The notes under the pieces: model-generated
Database searches by the model: none
Told to the model about the DNA's origin: nothing
What the model saw: only the letters and a program-made list of their open reading frames with translations
In this document: positions 33,393 through 42,618 of the stretch, piece by piece
Position numbering within the stretch: position 1 is the first letter of the stretch
Layout: each line of letters opens with the position of its first letter
Position numbers and translations under genes: made by a program
Assembly: GCA_031553315.1 (NCBI GenBank)
Contig: JAVBLT010000017.1
Coordinates: 25,696-89,695 of the forward strand
From: Kiritimatiellia bacterium
GTDB taxonomy: Bacteria > Verrucomicrobiota > Kiritimatiellia > RFP12 > DVOR01
DNA: 64,000 nt
Reading direction: 5' to 3'

Positions 33393-35729
33393 ATGAAAAA
33401 ATTCAGTTGGTTTTTTGTGTTGTGCGCCCTGGGTTTTGGCGCGGATCTGCTCGCCGCTGAAAAGCAGTATGTGCTTACGGTCAAGGGCGGTTTTGCCGAT
33501 GGAGCCGCTTCGGTCAAGCTCCCCGCGGGGGAAACCTGCGAGGTGGAAGCTTATTCTTCCAACGAAAATGCGGTTTTTGACCGCTGGACGATTTCTCCCG
33601 CCACCGCCGACCTGGGCGATTTCAACGCGAGGTCGGAGATCAACACCGTTGAAATGCCGGCGGTGAATGTAACGCTGACGGCGAATTTCATCACCTCGCC
33701 GGTTGAGGTTTTTGTTGAAGTCTACCCGGAAGAGGCGGTGGAGTTTATCCAGTGGAGCGTGGATGGAAAGAACTGGAACTTCCCGGGCGGTGATATTTTG
33801 AAAGCCGGTAAATACACAATGACCTTCCGTTCGCTCGATCCGCATTGGCTGGCGCCAGGCAAACAGAGCATCAAGGTGGCGGAAAATGATTGCAGTGGCG
33901 GGTATTTTTACGCTTATGCAGAGGCCGTCGATGTGATTCTTGCGCGCGCCGAAGGACCGGGAGCGGTCACGCTCTCGCCGACCAGCGGGCAGTTGCTTCC
34001 CGGTAAAACCGTCACCCTGACCGCCAAGCCCGCGAAGGGCGCCGTCTTTGCGGGGTGGATCCTGGAGGGCGAAGAGGTTCCGGAATTCAGCACCGGTTTT
34101 AAAGCGCTCACGCCTTCACTTAAAATTGATTATTCCGGCGAGAACGAGGGCCTTGAATATGTGGCTGTTTTCCGCGCGAGCTCGGCGTGTGAAGCGCCTG
34201 TTATTTCCGTTGTGCCATGCGGGGGAATCTCCGCTCCGATGGCCGGCGTGAATTATAATTTGAGCTTTGCGGTCAATGCCTCCGCGCTGCCGGTGAAATA
34301 TACGGCCAAGAATTTACCTGCCGGATTGAAGATTGATTCGGTCACCGGCCGGATCACGGGCGTACCCGCGAAGGCGCAGTCGGCTCCCGTGACGGTGACG
34401 GTGGCGAGTGTGGCCAATCCGAAGCAGGTCGACACCATGAGCTTCACGCTCGGCGTGCTCCCGCTTCCCGCGGCATCCGCCGGCACGTATAACGGTTATC
34501 TGGCAAGTGAAGCAGGCACACTTTACGGCACCTTTACTTTCACTGCCAGCGCCACGGGCAAGCTGACATGCAAGGCTTCGATCGACGGCGCGGGAACCCT
34601 CGTCTGGAAGTCCGCCTACTGGAGTTCCTATGAGATTTTGGACGATGGGGCGGTGAGGCTCTATGCAGCGCCGAGCGAAATTCCGGGCATCGCCTTTTAT
34701 CTGGCGCTGGATATGAGCGCCGAGGCCGGTCCCTATGAGCTCACCGGCTCCCTTGATTTCTTCAATTCCACCAATCCATGCGGGGCTGAATCCTTCTATA
34801 CCGTTGTGGCGCAGCGCAATCCTTTCGCCGCCACCAAAAAAGACGCCAATTACGATTCTATCATGGCAACGCTGGGCAATTACCTCAACACCTATGCGTT
34901 TAGGATCGCCGTGAGCGAGAATCTGGAGATTAGCGAGGTGGTCCCGATGGGGTATGGGTACCTCAGCGCCGCTGTTTCCAAGACGGGCAGCGTGAAGATT
35001 ACCGGTAAAATGCCCGATGGCACCGCCGTCAGCATCACGGCGCCGCTGATTCTTCTGGATGGCGGCGAAAGCGCCTGCCTGCCGTATGGGACTCTTTTCT
35101 CCAACGGGAAAAAGGGTGACCTGTTCGGTATGCTCCAGCTTAACGCCGCCTCGGATGAGGCGGATGGTTTTGCCCGATGGTATTATCCGGGAACTTCGGA
35201 TAAGATCTCGATTCCCGATGAATTTTGGGTAAACGTCGACATGCTGGGGCGCAAATATGTGAAAGATGTGGATCTGCGCACCTACAACGAAAGCTTCTTT
35301 GAAATCGGTACTTTCGAACTGACCGGGATTGAAGATGATTTCATGGCTCCCGAAGGCGTGGAGCTCATCTCCGATGCGAAGGGCAGCACTCTCAAGCCCG
35401 CCTTCGCCGGAAAAGCCCCCAAATACAACAAGCTCGATGAAGCGTATGAATACAGCGAAGAAAATCCCGGCATGGTCACCTTCTCCCTCACCAAGGCCAC
35501 CGGTCTCTTCAAGGGCAAGTTCAACGCCTATACCGAGTATTACGACGTCCGCGATACCCTGAAGCTTAAAACCGCCTCCATCAGCCATGAAGGCATCTTC
35601 ATTCCCGGCCTCGGTGGTTTCGGGTTCTATCTCATGACTGATATGTACTACGATGAAAGCACCGGCAAGGCCTATTCCTTCAAACGCTCCTTCCCCGTTA
35701 GGATTGAAGATTGCTGTTCGGGCTTCTAA
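33393..35729 (+). CDS. Secreted surface protein (778 aa), tandem paralog of the C-terminal half of 28335..33092
   Basis: Signal MKKFSWFFVLCALGFGADLLA. Shares KAGKYTMTFRSLD, LPVKYTAKNLPAGLKIDSVTGRITGVP, GYLSAAVSKTGSVKITGKMPDG, TFSLTKATGLFKGKFNAY and KRSFPVRIE with its neighbour. Confidence 0.9.
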   Translation: MKKFSWFFVLCALGFGADLLAAEKQYVLTVKGGFADGAASVKLPAGETCEVEAYSSNENAVFDRWTISPATADLGDFNARSEINTVEMPAVNVTLTANFITSPVEVFVEVYPEEAVEFIQWSVDGKNWNFPGGDILKAGKYTMTFRSLDPHWLAPGKQSIKVAENDCSGGYFYAYAEAVDVILARAEGPGAVTLSPTSGQLLPGKTVTLTAKPAKGAVFAGWILEGEEVPEFSTGFKALTPSLKIDYSGENEGLEYVAVFRASSACEAPVISVVPCGGISAPMAGVNYNLSFAVNASALPVKYTAKNLPAGLKIDSVTGRITGVPAKAQSAPVTVTVASVANPKQVDTMSFTLGVLPLPAASAGTYNGYLASEAGTLYGTFTFTASATGKLTCKASIDGAGTLVWKSAYWSSYEILDDGAVRLYAAPSEIPGIAFYLALDMSAEAGPYELTGSLDFFNSTNPCGAESFYTVVAQRNPFAATKKDANYDSIMATLGNYLNTYAFRIAVSENLEISEVVPMGYGYLSAAVSKTGSVKITGKMPDGTAVSITAPLILLDGGESACLPYGTLFSNGKKGDLFGMLQLNAASDEADGFARWYYPGTSDKISIPDEFWVNVDMLGRKYVKDVDLRTYNESFFEIGTFELTGIEDDFMAPEGVELISDAKGSTLKPAFAGKAPKYNKLDEAYEYSEENPGMVTFSLTKATGLFKGKFNAYTEYYDVRDTLKLKTASISHEGIFIPGLGGFGFYLMTDMYYDESTGKAYSFKRSFPVRIEDCCSGF

Positions 35730-35753
35730 CGATCCAGGCCCTGTTTCGTATCA

Positions 35754-35782
35754 GCCGGGGGTAGACGCCGCCCCCGGCTTTT
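35754..35782 (+). terminator. Intrinsic terminator downstream of 33393..35729
   Basis: GCCGGGGG-TAGACGCCG-CCCCCGGC followed by TTTT. Near-duplicate of the hairpin at 33271. Confidence 0.6.
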
Positions 35783-35798
35783 GCTATTTTATGACGCC

Positions 35799-36527
35799 AT
35801 GAAATCACCCGCAAAACGTTTCGTCCTTTGGAAAAAAGGCGTGAAAGACGGCCTCCCCATCGGCCTGGGGTATGCCGCCGTTTCCTTTTCATTCGGCATT
35901 CTCGCCGCCGGCAAGGGGCTGACCGCGTTTCAAGGGACCTTGATGTCGGCCACGAACCTCACCTCCGCCGGGCAGCTCGCCGCGCTCGGCGTGATGGCCG
36001 CCGCCGCGCCGTACACCGAAATGGCGCTCGTGCAGGCGGTGATCAACCTCCGCTACAGCCTCATGTCGTGCGCGCTTTCCCAAAAGCTCGCCCCCTCGAC
36101 CCCCCTTCTCCACCGCTTCGTCATGGCCGCCGGCGTGACGGATGAAATCTTCGCCCTCTCCGCGGCCGTGCCCGGCCGCCTCTCCCCCTTCTACACCTAC
36201 GGCCTCATGACCGCCGCCGTCCCCGGCTGGTCTCTGGGCACCCTCTCGGGCATCCTGCTGGGCGAGGTGCTCCCCCGGCGCCTCCTCAGCGCCCTCGGCG
36301 TGGCGCTCTACGGCATGTTCATCGCCGTGGTCGTGCCGCCCGCCCGCCACAGCACAATCATCGCCGGGCTTGTTCTCGCCGCCATGGGGGCGAGCGCGCT
36401 CGCGAGCCTTGCGCCGCAGCTGGCCGCCGTTTCGCCCGGCCTCAAAATCATTGCCCTCACGCTGATCATCGCCGGCGCCGCCGCCTGGTTCTTCCCCATT
36501 CCGGAAAAAGGAGGCTGCAATGGCTGA
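35799..36527 (+). CDS. azlC: Branched-chain amino acid exporter subunit AzlC
   Basis: Track ORF trimmed from TTG 35781 to ATG 35799. GLPIGLGYAAVSFSFGILA and NLTSAGQLAALG motifs. Confidence 0.85.
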   Translation: MKSPAKRFVLWKKGVKDGLPIGLGYAAVSFSFGILAAGKGLTAFQGTLMSATNLTSAGQLAALGVMAAAAPYTEMALVQAVINLRYSLMSCALSQKLAPSTPLLHRFVMAAGVTDEIFALSAAVPGRLSPFYTYGLMTAAVPGWSLGTLSGILLGEVLPRRLLSALGVALYGMFIAVVVPPARHSTIIAGLVLAAMGASALASLAPQLAAVSPGLKIIALTLIIAGAAAWFFPIPEKGGCNG

Positions 36528-36825
36528 CCCTTACCTCTACATCGGCGTGATGGCCGCCACGACCTACCTCGTGCGCGTGATTCCCCTGGCATTGCTGCGC
36601 CGGGAGATCCAAAACCGCTTCTTCCGCTCCTTCCTGCACTACGTGCCCTATGTGACGCTTTCCGCGATGACCTTCCCCGCCATTCTCCATGAAACGGCCA
36701 CCCCCTGGTCCGCCTGGGCCGCCCTGCTCGCGGCCGCCTTCCTGGCCTGGCGCGGGAAAAGCCTCGCCCTTGTGGCTGTGGCCGCCTGCGCGGTTGTTCT
36801 GATTATAGAATGGGTTGTTTTTTAA
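36520..36825 (+). CDS. azlD: Branched-chain amino acid exporter subunit AzlD
   Basis: 101 aa small hydrophobic protein. YLVRVIPLALL. Overlaps the azlC stop. Confidence 0.8.
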   Translation: MADPYLYIGVMAATTYLVRVIPLALLRREIQNRFFRSFLHYVPYVTLSAMTFPAILHETATPWSAWAALLAAAFLAWRGKSLALVAVAACAVVLIIEWVVF

Positions 36826-36855
36826 ACGTCATGTAAAAAAAATTACAAAAGACCA

Positions 36856-36884
36856 TTGACTTCTTTCCTCTTTTTCAGTATTTT
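36856..36884 (+). promoter_or_regulatory. Putative sigma-70 promoter
   Basis: TTGACT (36856-36861), 17-nt spacer, TATTTT (36879-36884). The upstream ATTACAAA box is shared with the 37549 promoter. Confidence 0.5.
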
Positions 36885-36912
36885 ACAGCCCTCTTAAGGA
36901 AAGGAAGCACAA

Positions 36913-37506
36913 ATGAAAACACTTGCACTCCTCAGCGCATCCATCATGAGCGCGATGGTTTATGCGGGCATTACGGATCAGACCGGCGTTGCGGCCGATG
37001 CTTTTTCAGCCCGAAACGGCGTCAGTTTTTACACCGATTCCTATGTATCGTTTGAATTCCAGGGTTCCGGCCCGGAAAGCACCCGCAACCTTCGCGAATG
37101 GCAAACCTTTGCCTTCTCCATGTATACCCTCGATGCCGCAGGCAAGATCCTTCAGACCTTCACCGCCGATTCCATGCATGCCGGCACCTTCGCCCAGCTC
37201 ATGCGGAGCGGGGTCGACAAAGTCGGCTTTGCCGTTTCCAACGGCTCCGAAACCATCCACAGCACCCCCGTCTCCAGCGATAGAATCTATGTGACCACCG
37301 AGATTGCCGACGATATACTCTACATCGGCTTCTTCGTGAAAGGTTTCGGCGGCAAACCCATGGCGCAGGCCGACCTCATCTACGCCATCTCCATTGAAGG
37401 CGCCGCGCCCCCCGCCGGCCAGCCCCTTCCCGGCGTGCTCGCCTCCATCCTCATCGGCGCCGGCGTTTTTCGCCTCCGCCGCCGCAGGCCTTTTCAGGGC
37501 CAGTGA
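36913..37506 (+). CDS. Secreted protein with a PLPG-type PEP-CTERM-like C-terminal sorting tail, paralog 1 (197 aa)
   Basis: Signal MKTLALLSASIMSAMVYA. Tail GQPLPGVLASILIGAGVFRLRRRR. Paralogous to 37611..38237. Confidence 0.8.
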   Translation: MKTLALLSASIMSAMVYAGITDQTGVAADAFSARNGVSFYTDSYVSFEFQGSGPESTRNLREWQTFAFSMYTLDAAGKILQTFTADSMHAGTFAQLMRSGVDKVGFAVSNGSETIHSTPVSSDRIYVTTEIADDILYIGFFVKGFGGKPMAQADLIYAISIEGAAPPAGQPLPGVLASILIGAGVFRLRRRRPFQGQ

Positions 37507-37548
37507 TTTGTTTGACCCACCGTCATTAAAATAAATTTACAAATCGGG

Positions 37549-37577
37549 TTGACATCCCCCCCCGTTTCCGTTATCCT
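37549..37577 (+). promoter_or_regulatory. Putative sigma-70 promoter
   Basis: TTGACA (37549-37554), 17-nt spacer, TATCCT (37572-37577). Confidence 0.5.
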
Positions 37578-37610
37578 ACGCGTTACCTTTGAAAAAGGAA
37601 AGGATTCTAA

Positions 37611-38237
37611 ATGATGAAAAAGATGATTACATTGTTCAGCGCCATCGCCATGGGCGCCACCCTCTACGCCGGTATTACCGACAAGCCTACCGAAATCAAC
37701 TACGATGCCTACGCCGACCGCGCCGGGCACGTCAACGGGATTCAAAACAGCGTGGTTTTCTACCAGGACTCCTACGTCGTCTACAAATACGAAGGCGTCG
37801 GCGAAAACAACAACGGCCTGCGCGACCTCACCAGCTGGGGCGACATCACCTTCTCCATGTATACCATCGATGACAACAAAAACATCATCGACACCTTCAG
37901 CATCGCGTCCGCAATGGAGCAAGGCACGTTTGCACAGCTCATGCAGGCCGGCGTCGACAAAGTGGGCTTTTCCATTTCCAACGGCTCCAAAACCATCTAC
38001 TCCACCCCCGGGATCAACGGCAACAACGGAACCCGGTTGGCCACGTATATGGACGAAGGATGGCTCTACATGGGCTTCTTCGTCGACGGTTACACCCAGA
38101 ACGCCGTTGACAAGGCCGACGTCATCTACGCCGTCACCGTCGTCCACGGCGGCGGCGCCAACGGCCAGCCCCTTCCCGGCGTGCTCGCCTCCATGCTCAT
38201 CGGCGCCGGCGTCCTCCGCCTCCGCCGCCGCAAGTAA
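37611..38237 (+). CDS. Secreted protein with a PLPG-type PEP-CTERM-like C-terminal sorting tail, paralog 2 (208 aa)
   Basis: Signal MMKKMITLFSAIAMGATLYA. Tail GQPLPGVLASMLIGAGVLRLRRRK. Confidence 0.8.
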   Translation: MMKKMITLFSAIAMGATLYAGITDKPTEINYDAYADRAGHVNGIQNSVVFYQDSYVVYKYEGVGENNNGLRDLTSWGDITFSMYTIDDNKNIIDTFSIASAMEQGTFAQLMQAGVDKVGFSISNGSKTIYSTPGINGNNGTRLATYMDEGWLYMGFFVDGYTQNAVDKADVIYAVTVVHGGGANGQPLPGVLASMLIGAGVLRLRRRK

Positions 38238-38260
38238 GCCAAGCCGCCCAGCGCGTGACA

Positions 38261-38296
38261 AGGCGCCCCTGTCCATTCAGGGGCGCCTGTTTTTTT
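38261..38296 (+). terminator. Intrinsic terminator
   Basis: AGGCGCCCCTG-TCCATT-CAGGGGCGCCT followed by G and a T7 run. Confidence 0.75.
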
Positions 38297-38492
38297 GGAG
38301 TACGCTCCACGCCGGTTTCAGCCCCGGGCGGGAAAAGCGACCCGGCTCGAAAGCCCGTGATCTCCAGGGAAAGAAAACGTGAAAAAGCACCGTCCCGTTG
38401 GCGGGCCGCAGGATTTGGTTTATCATATTGTTTTGATTTTCAATGAATTACGACCAATCTGCTTTATTTGTTCGCAATTTCAGCTTTTACGC

Positions 38493-38521
38493 TTGTAAAA
38501 CCGTGAAAAAATTGGTACTAT
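38493..38521 (+). promoter_or_regulatory. Putative sigma-70 promoter upstream of fusA
   Basis: TTGTAA (38493-38498), 17-nt spacer, TACTAT (38516-38521). This leaves a leader of about 90 nt. Confidence 0.4.
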
Positions 38522-38611
38522 GACCTTCCTTTTTGAGCAGCAGTAGGCTTTCGCTCTTTGATATCCGGTTGGGAACAGTAAGAGAAGCCCCGTTTCAGGG
38601 CAAACGCGATT

Positions 38612-40684
38612 ATGGCACAGCAACTTGAACAGATTCGGAATATCGGGATTGTGGCGCACATCGATGCGGGAAAAACCACAACGACCGAGCGCATTCTGTT
38701 TTATGCCGGCCGCACGCACCGCCTGGGCAACGTGGATGAAGGCAATACCGTTACCGACTGGATGATTCAGGAACGCGAGCGCGGCATCACCATCACCTCC
38801 GCCGCCATCACCTGCTTCTGGCGCGGGCACCAGATCAACGTGATCGACACCCCCGGCCATGTGGATTTCACCATTGAAGTGGAACGCTCATTGCGCGTGT
38901 TAGACGGCGCCGTGGGCGTTTTTTGCGCCGTCGGCGGCGTGCAGCCCCAATCCGAGACCGTCTGGCGCCAGGCCGACCGCTACAACGTCCCCCGCCTCGC
39001 CTTCATCAACAAAATGGATCGCATGGGCGCCGATTTCACCCGCGCCGTGAACGAAATGCGCGCCAAGCTCCGCGCCCCCGCCGTCCCCGTCACCCTCCCC
39101 GTGGGCGCGTTTGAAGATTTCCGCGGCGTCATCGACCTCGTTTCCATGACCTGCCGCGTGTTCGACGACGCCTCCGACGGCAAGACCTTCCTCGATGAAT
39201 CCATCCCCTCCGAGATGATGGAAGCCGCCGGCGCCGCCCGCGCCGAGCTCCTCGAAAAGCTCGCCGAGGCCGACGAAACCTTCCTTGAGCTCTATCTTGA
39301 GAACCCCGACCAGCCCGCCGCCGCGATCCGCGCCGCCATCCGCCGCGCCGTCATCGCCCGCGCCATGGTCCCCGTGTTCTGCGGATCCTCCCTCAAAAAC
39401 AAAGGCACCCAGCTTTTGCTCGACGGCGTGGTCGATTACCTCCCCGCCCCCGCCGACCGCCCCGCCGTCACCGGCGAAAGCCTCAAGACCGGCGAGCCGA
39501 TCGAATGCCCCCAGCGCCCCGACGCCCCCCTTGCCGCGCTCACCTTCAAGATCGCCACCGATCCCTACGTCGGCCGCCTCTTCTTCGTCCGCGTCTACGG
39601 CGGCGAGATCAAAAAAGGCCAAAACGTTTACAACCCCCGCCTGCGCAAACGCGAGCGCGTCATGAAAATCGTCCGCATCTTCGCCGACGAACAGGAAGAG
39701 GTCGAAACCCTCGGCGCCGGCGACATCGGCGCCCTTGTAGGCCTCAAAGAAGCCACCACGGGCGACACCCTCTGCATGGAAAACAACCCCGTGGCCCTCA
39801 TGCGCATCACCGCGCCCGAACCCGTGATGTTCATGGCCATCGAGCCCAAATCCCGCGTCGACAAAGACAAGCTCGAGCAAAGCCTCGCCCAGCTCGCGGC
39901 CGAAGACCCCACCTGCCAGATCCGCACCGACGCAGAAACCGGGCAAATGATTTTGAGCGGCATGGGCGAGCTCCACCTGGAAATCCTCGTGGATCGCCTC
40001 AACCGCGAGTTCAAAGCGGCGGCAAACACCGGGCGCCCCATGGTCTCCTACTACGAGACCGTGACCCAGCCCGCCACCGTCACCCACACCTTCGACCGCG
40101 AATTCGGCGGCAAGCGGCACTATGCCCAGCTGACCGTGGCGGTATCCCCGCTCAAGCGCGGGCAAGGCCAGCGGGTGGAAATTGCCAAGGGAGCCCTCAA
40201 AAAGCTGCCCGACGCGGCCTTCGCCGCCGCGATTGAAAACGGCCTGACGGACGGCATCGTCACCGGCGTGCTTGCCCGCTACCCGATGGTAGACGTGCTC
40301 GCGCAAGTGACCGACGCCTCCTTCCTCGAAGAAGAAACCGCCACCGAAGTGGCGTTTCGCACCGCGGCCGTGATGGGATTCCGGGAGGCGGCGCTTGCCG
40401 CAGCTCCTGAATTGTTGGAGCCGATCATGTCTCTCGACATCGTGACACCGCCCGAATACGTCGGCGAAATCATGGGAGACGTCAACGGCCGCCGTGGCCA
40501 CGTGTGTGACATGGAAATGCGCGGCGACGCGCAATCCGTTCACGCCCGCGTGCCATTGGCAGAACTGTTCGGATATTCGACCGTAATCCGCTCGCTTTCG
40601 CGCGGGCGTGCCAGTTATGCGATGGAACCTGGCGAATTTGCGGTCGTACCCCGGGCAGTCAGGGATAAACTACTGAACAGGTAA
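38612..40684 (+). CDS. fusA: Translation elongation factor G
   Basis: 690 aa. [32 protein letters not shown] and NKMDR GTPase motifs, with a full-length EF-G domain pattern. Confidence 0.95.
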   Translation: MAQQLEQIRNIGIVAHIDAGKTTTTERILFYAGRTHRLGNVDEGNTVTDWMIQERERGITITSAAITCFWRGHQINVIDTPGHVDFTIEVERSLRVLDGAVGVFCAVGGVQPQSETVWRQADRYNVPRLAFINKMDRMGADFTRAVNEMRAKLRAPAVPVTLPVGAFEDFRGVIDLVSMTCRVFDDASDGKTFLDESIPSEMMEAAGAARAELLEKLAEADETFLELYLENPDQPAAAIRAAIRRAVIARAMVPVFCGSSLKNKGTQLLLDGVVDYLPAPADRPAVTGESLKTGEPIECPQRPDAPLAALTFKIATDPYVGRLFFVRVYGGEIKKGQNVYNPRLRKRERVMKIVRIFADEQEEVETLGAGDIGALVGLKEATTGDTLCMENNPVALMRITAPEPVMFMAIEPKSRVDKDKLEQSLAQLAAEDPTCQIRTDAETGQMILSGMGELHLEILVDRLNREFKAAANTGRPMVSYYETVTQPATVTHTFDREFGGKRHYAQLTVAVSPLKRGQGQRVEIAKGALKKLPDAAFAAAIENGLTDGIVTGVLARYPMVDVLAQVTDASFLEEETATEVAFRTAAVMGFREAALAAAPELLEPIMSLDIVTPPEYVGEIMGDVNGRRGHVCDMEMRGDAQSVHARVPLAELFGYSTVIRSLSRGRASYAMEPGEFAVVPRAVRDKLLNR

Positions 40685-40693
40685 GTGAAGCAC

Positions 40694-41002
40694 ATGCAAA
40701 GTCAGCGTATACGCATTCGCTTGCAGGCGTATGATCACAGAGTGCTCGACCAGGCCGTGAGCGATATCATCGACACCGCCCGCAGCACCGGAGCGCAAGT
40801 TGTGGGTCCCATTCCGCTGCCTACGCGGATTGAGCGTTTCACAGTGAACCGCAGTCCGCACGTGGACAAGAAATCGATGGATCAGTTTGAAATGCGCACG
40901 CACAAGCGATTGCTGGACATCATGAGCCCGACGGCCAAAACGGTCGACGAGCTCAAGAAGTTGAACTTGCCCGCCGGCGTGGACATTACCATTCGTATTT
41001 AA
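40694..41002 (+). CDS. rpsJ: 30S ribosomal protein S10
   Basis: Track ORF starts at GTG 40685. ATG 40694 gives [20 protein letters not shown], which parallels the canonical S10 N-terminus. Confidence 0.95.
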   Translation: MQSQRIRIRLQAYDHRVLDQAVSDIIDTARSTGAQVVGPIPLPTRIERFTVNRSPHVDKKSMDQFEMRTHKRLLDIMSPTAKTVDELKKLNLPAGVDITIRI

Positions 41003-41017
41003 AGGAACGGTGAGACC

Positions 41018-41653
41018 ATGGAAGGTATGATTGGCAAGAAAGTTGGAATGACCCAGATCTGGAACGATCAGGGCCAATGCATTCCCGTGACCGTGATCGA
41101 AGCGGGCCCCTGCCCCGTCGTTCAAGTCAAAACGGCAGAGACCGATGGTTACAGCGCCGTTCAGCTCGGATTCATCGAGCAAAAGCCCCAGCGCCTCGCA
41201 AAGGCCCAGCGCGCCCGCTTTGAAAAAGCCAGCGTGACCCCCTGCCGCCTGCTGCGCGAATTCACCCCCGATTCGGCCGCCGAAGTCAAAGTCGGCGACA
41301 CCGTCACCGTCGCCATGTTTGAAGGCGTGCAATACGTCGACATCCAAGGCACGACCAAAGGCCGCGGTTTCGCCGGCGTGGTGAAAAAGTTCCGCATGCG
41401 CGGCGGCCCCATGACCCACGGCGGCCACTCCAAGCGCCGCCCCGGCGCCATGGCCGCCCGCGACCTGCCCGGCTGGATCGAAAAAGGCAAGAAGATGCCC
41501 GGCCACTACGGTTGCGTGAAGCGTACGACCCAGAACCTCAAGCTCGTACAGGTCATCGGCAACGAGAACCTCCTGCTGGTGCATGGCGCCGTCCCCGGCC
41601 CCATCGGCGGAACCGTGATCGTGACCAAAGCCCTGAAGAAGGCGGGAAAGTAA
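41018..41653 (+). CDS. rplC: 50S ribosomal protein L3
   Basis: GKKVGMTQIW.. motif. The start could alternatively be ATG 41027. Confidence 0.95.
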   Translation: MEGMIGKKVGMTQIWNDQGQCIPVTVIEAGPCPVVQVKTAETDGYSAVQLGFIEQKPQRLAKAQRARFEKASVTPCRLLREFTPDSAAEVKVGDTVTVAMFEGVQYVDIQGTTKGRGFAGVVKKFRMRGGPMTHGGHSKRRPGAMAARDLPGWIEKGKKMPGHYGCVKRTTQNLKLVQVIGNENLLLVHGAVPGPIGGTVIVTKALKKAGK

Positions 41654-41656
41654 CAC

Positions 41657-42325
41657 ATGAGCACGATTAAAGTTTTTAACCCCGCAGGCGATTCCGCCGG
41701 AGAGATGAGCGTTGCCCAAGGCACCCTCGTGCTCGACCGCGGCGCACAGGCGGTGAAAGACACAGTGGTCGCCATCATGAATGGCTGGCGCGCCGGCACG
41801 GCAAGCACCAAGACCAAGGCTGAAGTGGCCGGCAGCGGCAAGAAGCCCCACAAACAGAAGGGTACCGGCCGCGCCCGCGTCGGCACCACCCGCAACCCCG
41901 TGTGGCGCGGCGGCGGCGTGGCCTTCGGCCCCAAACCCCGCGACTACAGCGTGAAGGTCAACAAAAAAGTGGCTCAGCTCGCCTTCCGGCGCGCCCTCAG
42001 CGACAAGATTGCTTCCGGCGACCTCGCCGTCATCGAGAAGTTTGAAATCGCCGAGCCCAAGACCAGGCTCGTGGCCCCCCTCCTGAAGAAAATCGGCATT
42101 GACCGCACCTGCCTCGTCGTCGTCAGCTTCGACGCGCAGAGCGCCGACGCCAACGACAACTTCTTCTACGGCGTGGGCAACATTCCCGGCGTCTTCGTCT
42201 GCTCATCCGCCGAAGTCAACGTCTACCTTCTCTGCCGGTTCAACAAGATCCTGGTCACCCGGGAAGCGATGGACGAACTTCTGGAGCGCCTGCCCCAGAC
42301 CGCCACCGAGGAGGAACAGGCATGA
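41657..42325 (+). CDS. rplD: 50S ribosomal protein L4
   Basis: 222 aa. KPHKQKGTGRARVGTTRNPVWRGGGVAFGPKPRDY. Confidence 0.95.
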   Translation: MSTIKVFNPAGDSAGEMSVAQGTLVLDRGAQAVKDTVVAIMNGWRAGTASTKTKAEVAGSGKKPHKQKGTGRARVGTTRNPVWRGGGVAFGPKPRDYSVKVNKKVAQLAFRRALSDKIASGDLAVIEKFEIAEPKTRLVAPLLKKIGIDRTCLVVVSFDAQSADANDNFFYGVGNIPGVFVCSSAEVNVYLLCRFNKILVTREAMDELLERLPQTATEEEQA

Positions 42326-42600
42326 AACAGGCTTATGTGATCCGCAGAGTGCTGGTGACCGAAAAGGGTTCGCTGATTACCGGGCAGAATCAATACATGC
42401 TCGAAGTGGCTCCCGGCGCCAACAAGATCGAGATCCGCCAGGCGGTGGAAGCCCAGTTCGGCGTCCACGTCCTCGCGGTCAACACCCAGAATTACAAAGG
42501 CAAGACCAAATATACGCGCACCCGTCACCTGACGAAAACGCCCGCCTGGAAACGCGCGGTCGTTACGCTCAAAGACGGCGAACGTATTGAAACCGTTTAA
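42322..42600 (+). CDS. rplW: 50S ribosomal protein L23
   Basis: 92 aa. Position and the VLVTEKGS..YMLEV pattern. Confidence 0.9.
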   Translation: MKQAYVIRRVLVTEKGSLITGQNQYMLEVAPGANKIEIRQAVEAQFGVHVLAVNTQNYKGKTKYTRTRHLTKTPAWKRAVVTLKDGERIETV

Positions 42601-42618
42601 TGCCGAGGAGATGGAGCC

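Noticed and set aside
28067-35588. ORFs overlapping or antisense to the giant genes (28067..28534, 29628..30509, 31494..31901, 32364..32993, 33318..33845 and 34314..35588)
   Set aside because: They are out of frame with, or antisense to, long uninterrupted ORFs that have clear domain repeats. Their translations are basic and low-complexity.
38297-38492. About 200 nt between the 38261 terminator and the fusA promoter, examined for an ncRNA (SRP, RNase P, tmRNA or a riboswitch)
   Set aside because: I could not recognise conserved cores of any of these RNAs. Only short local hairpins are present.
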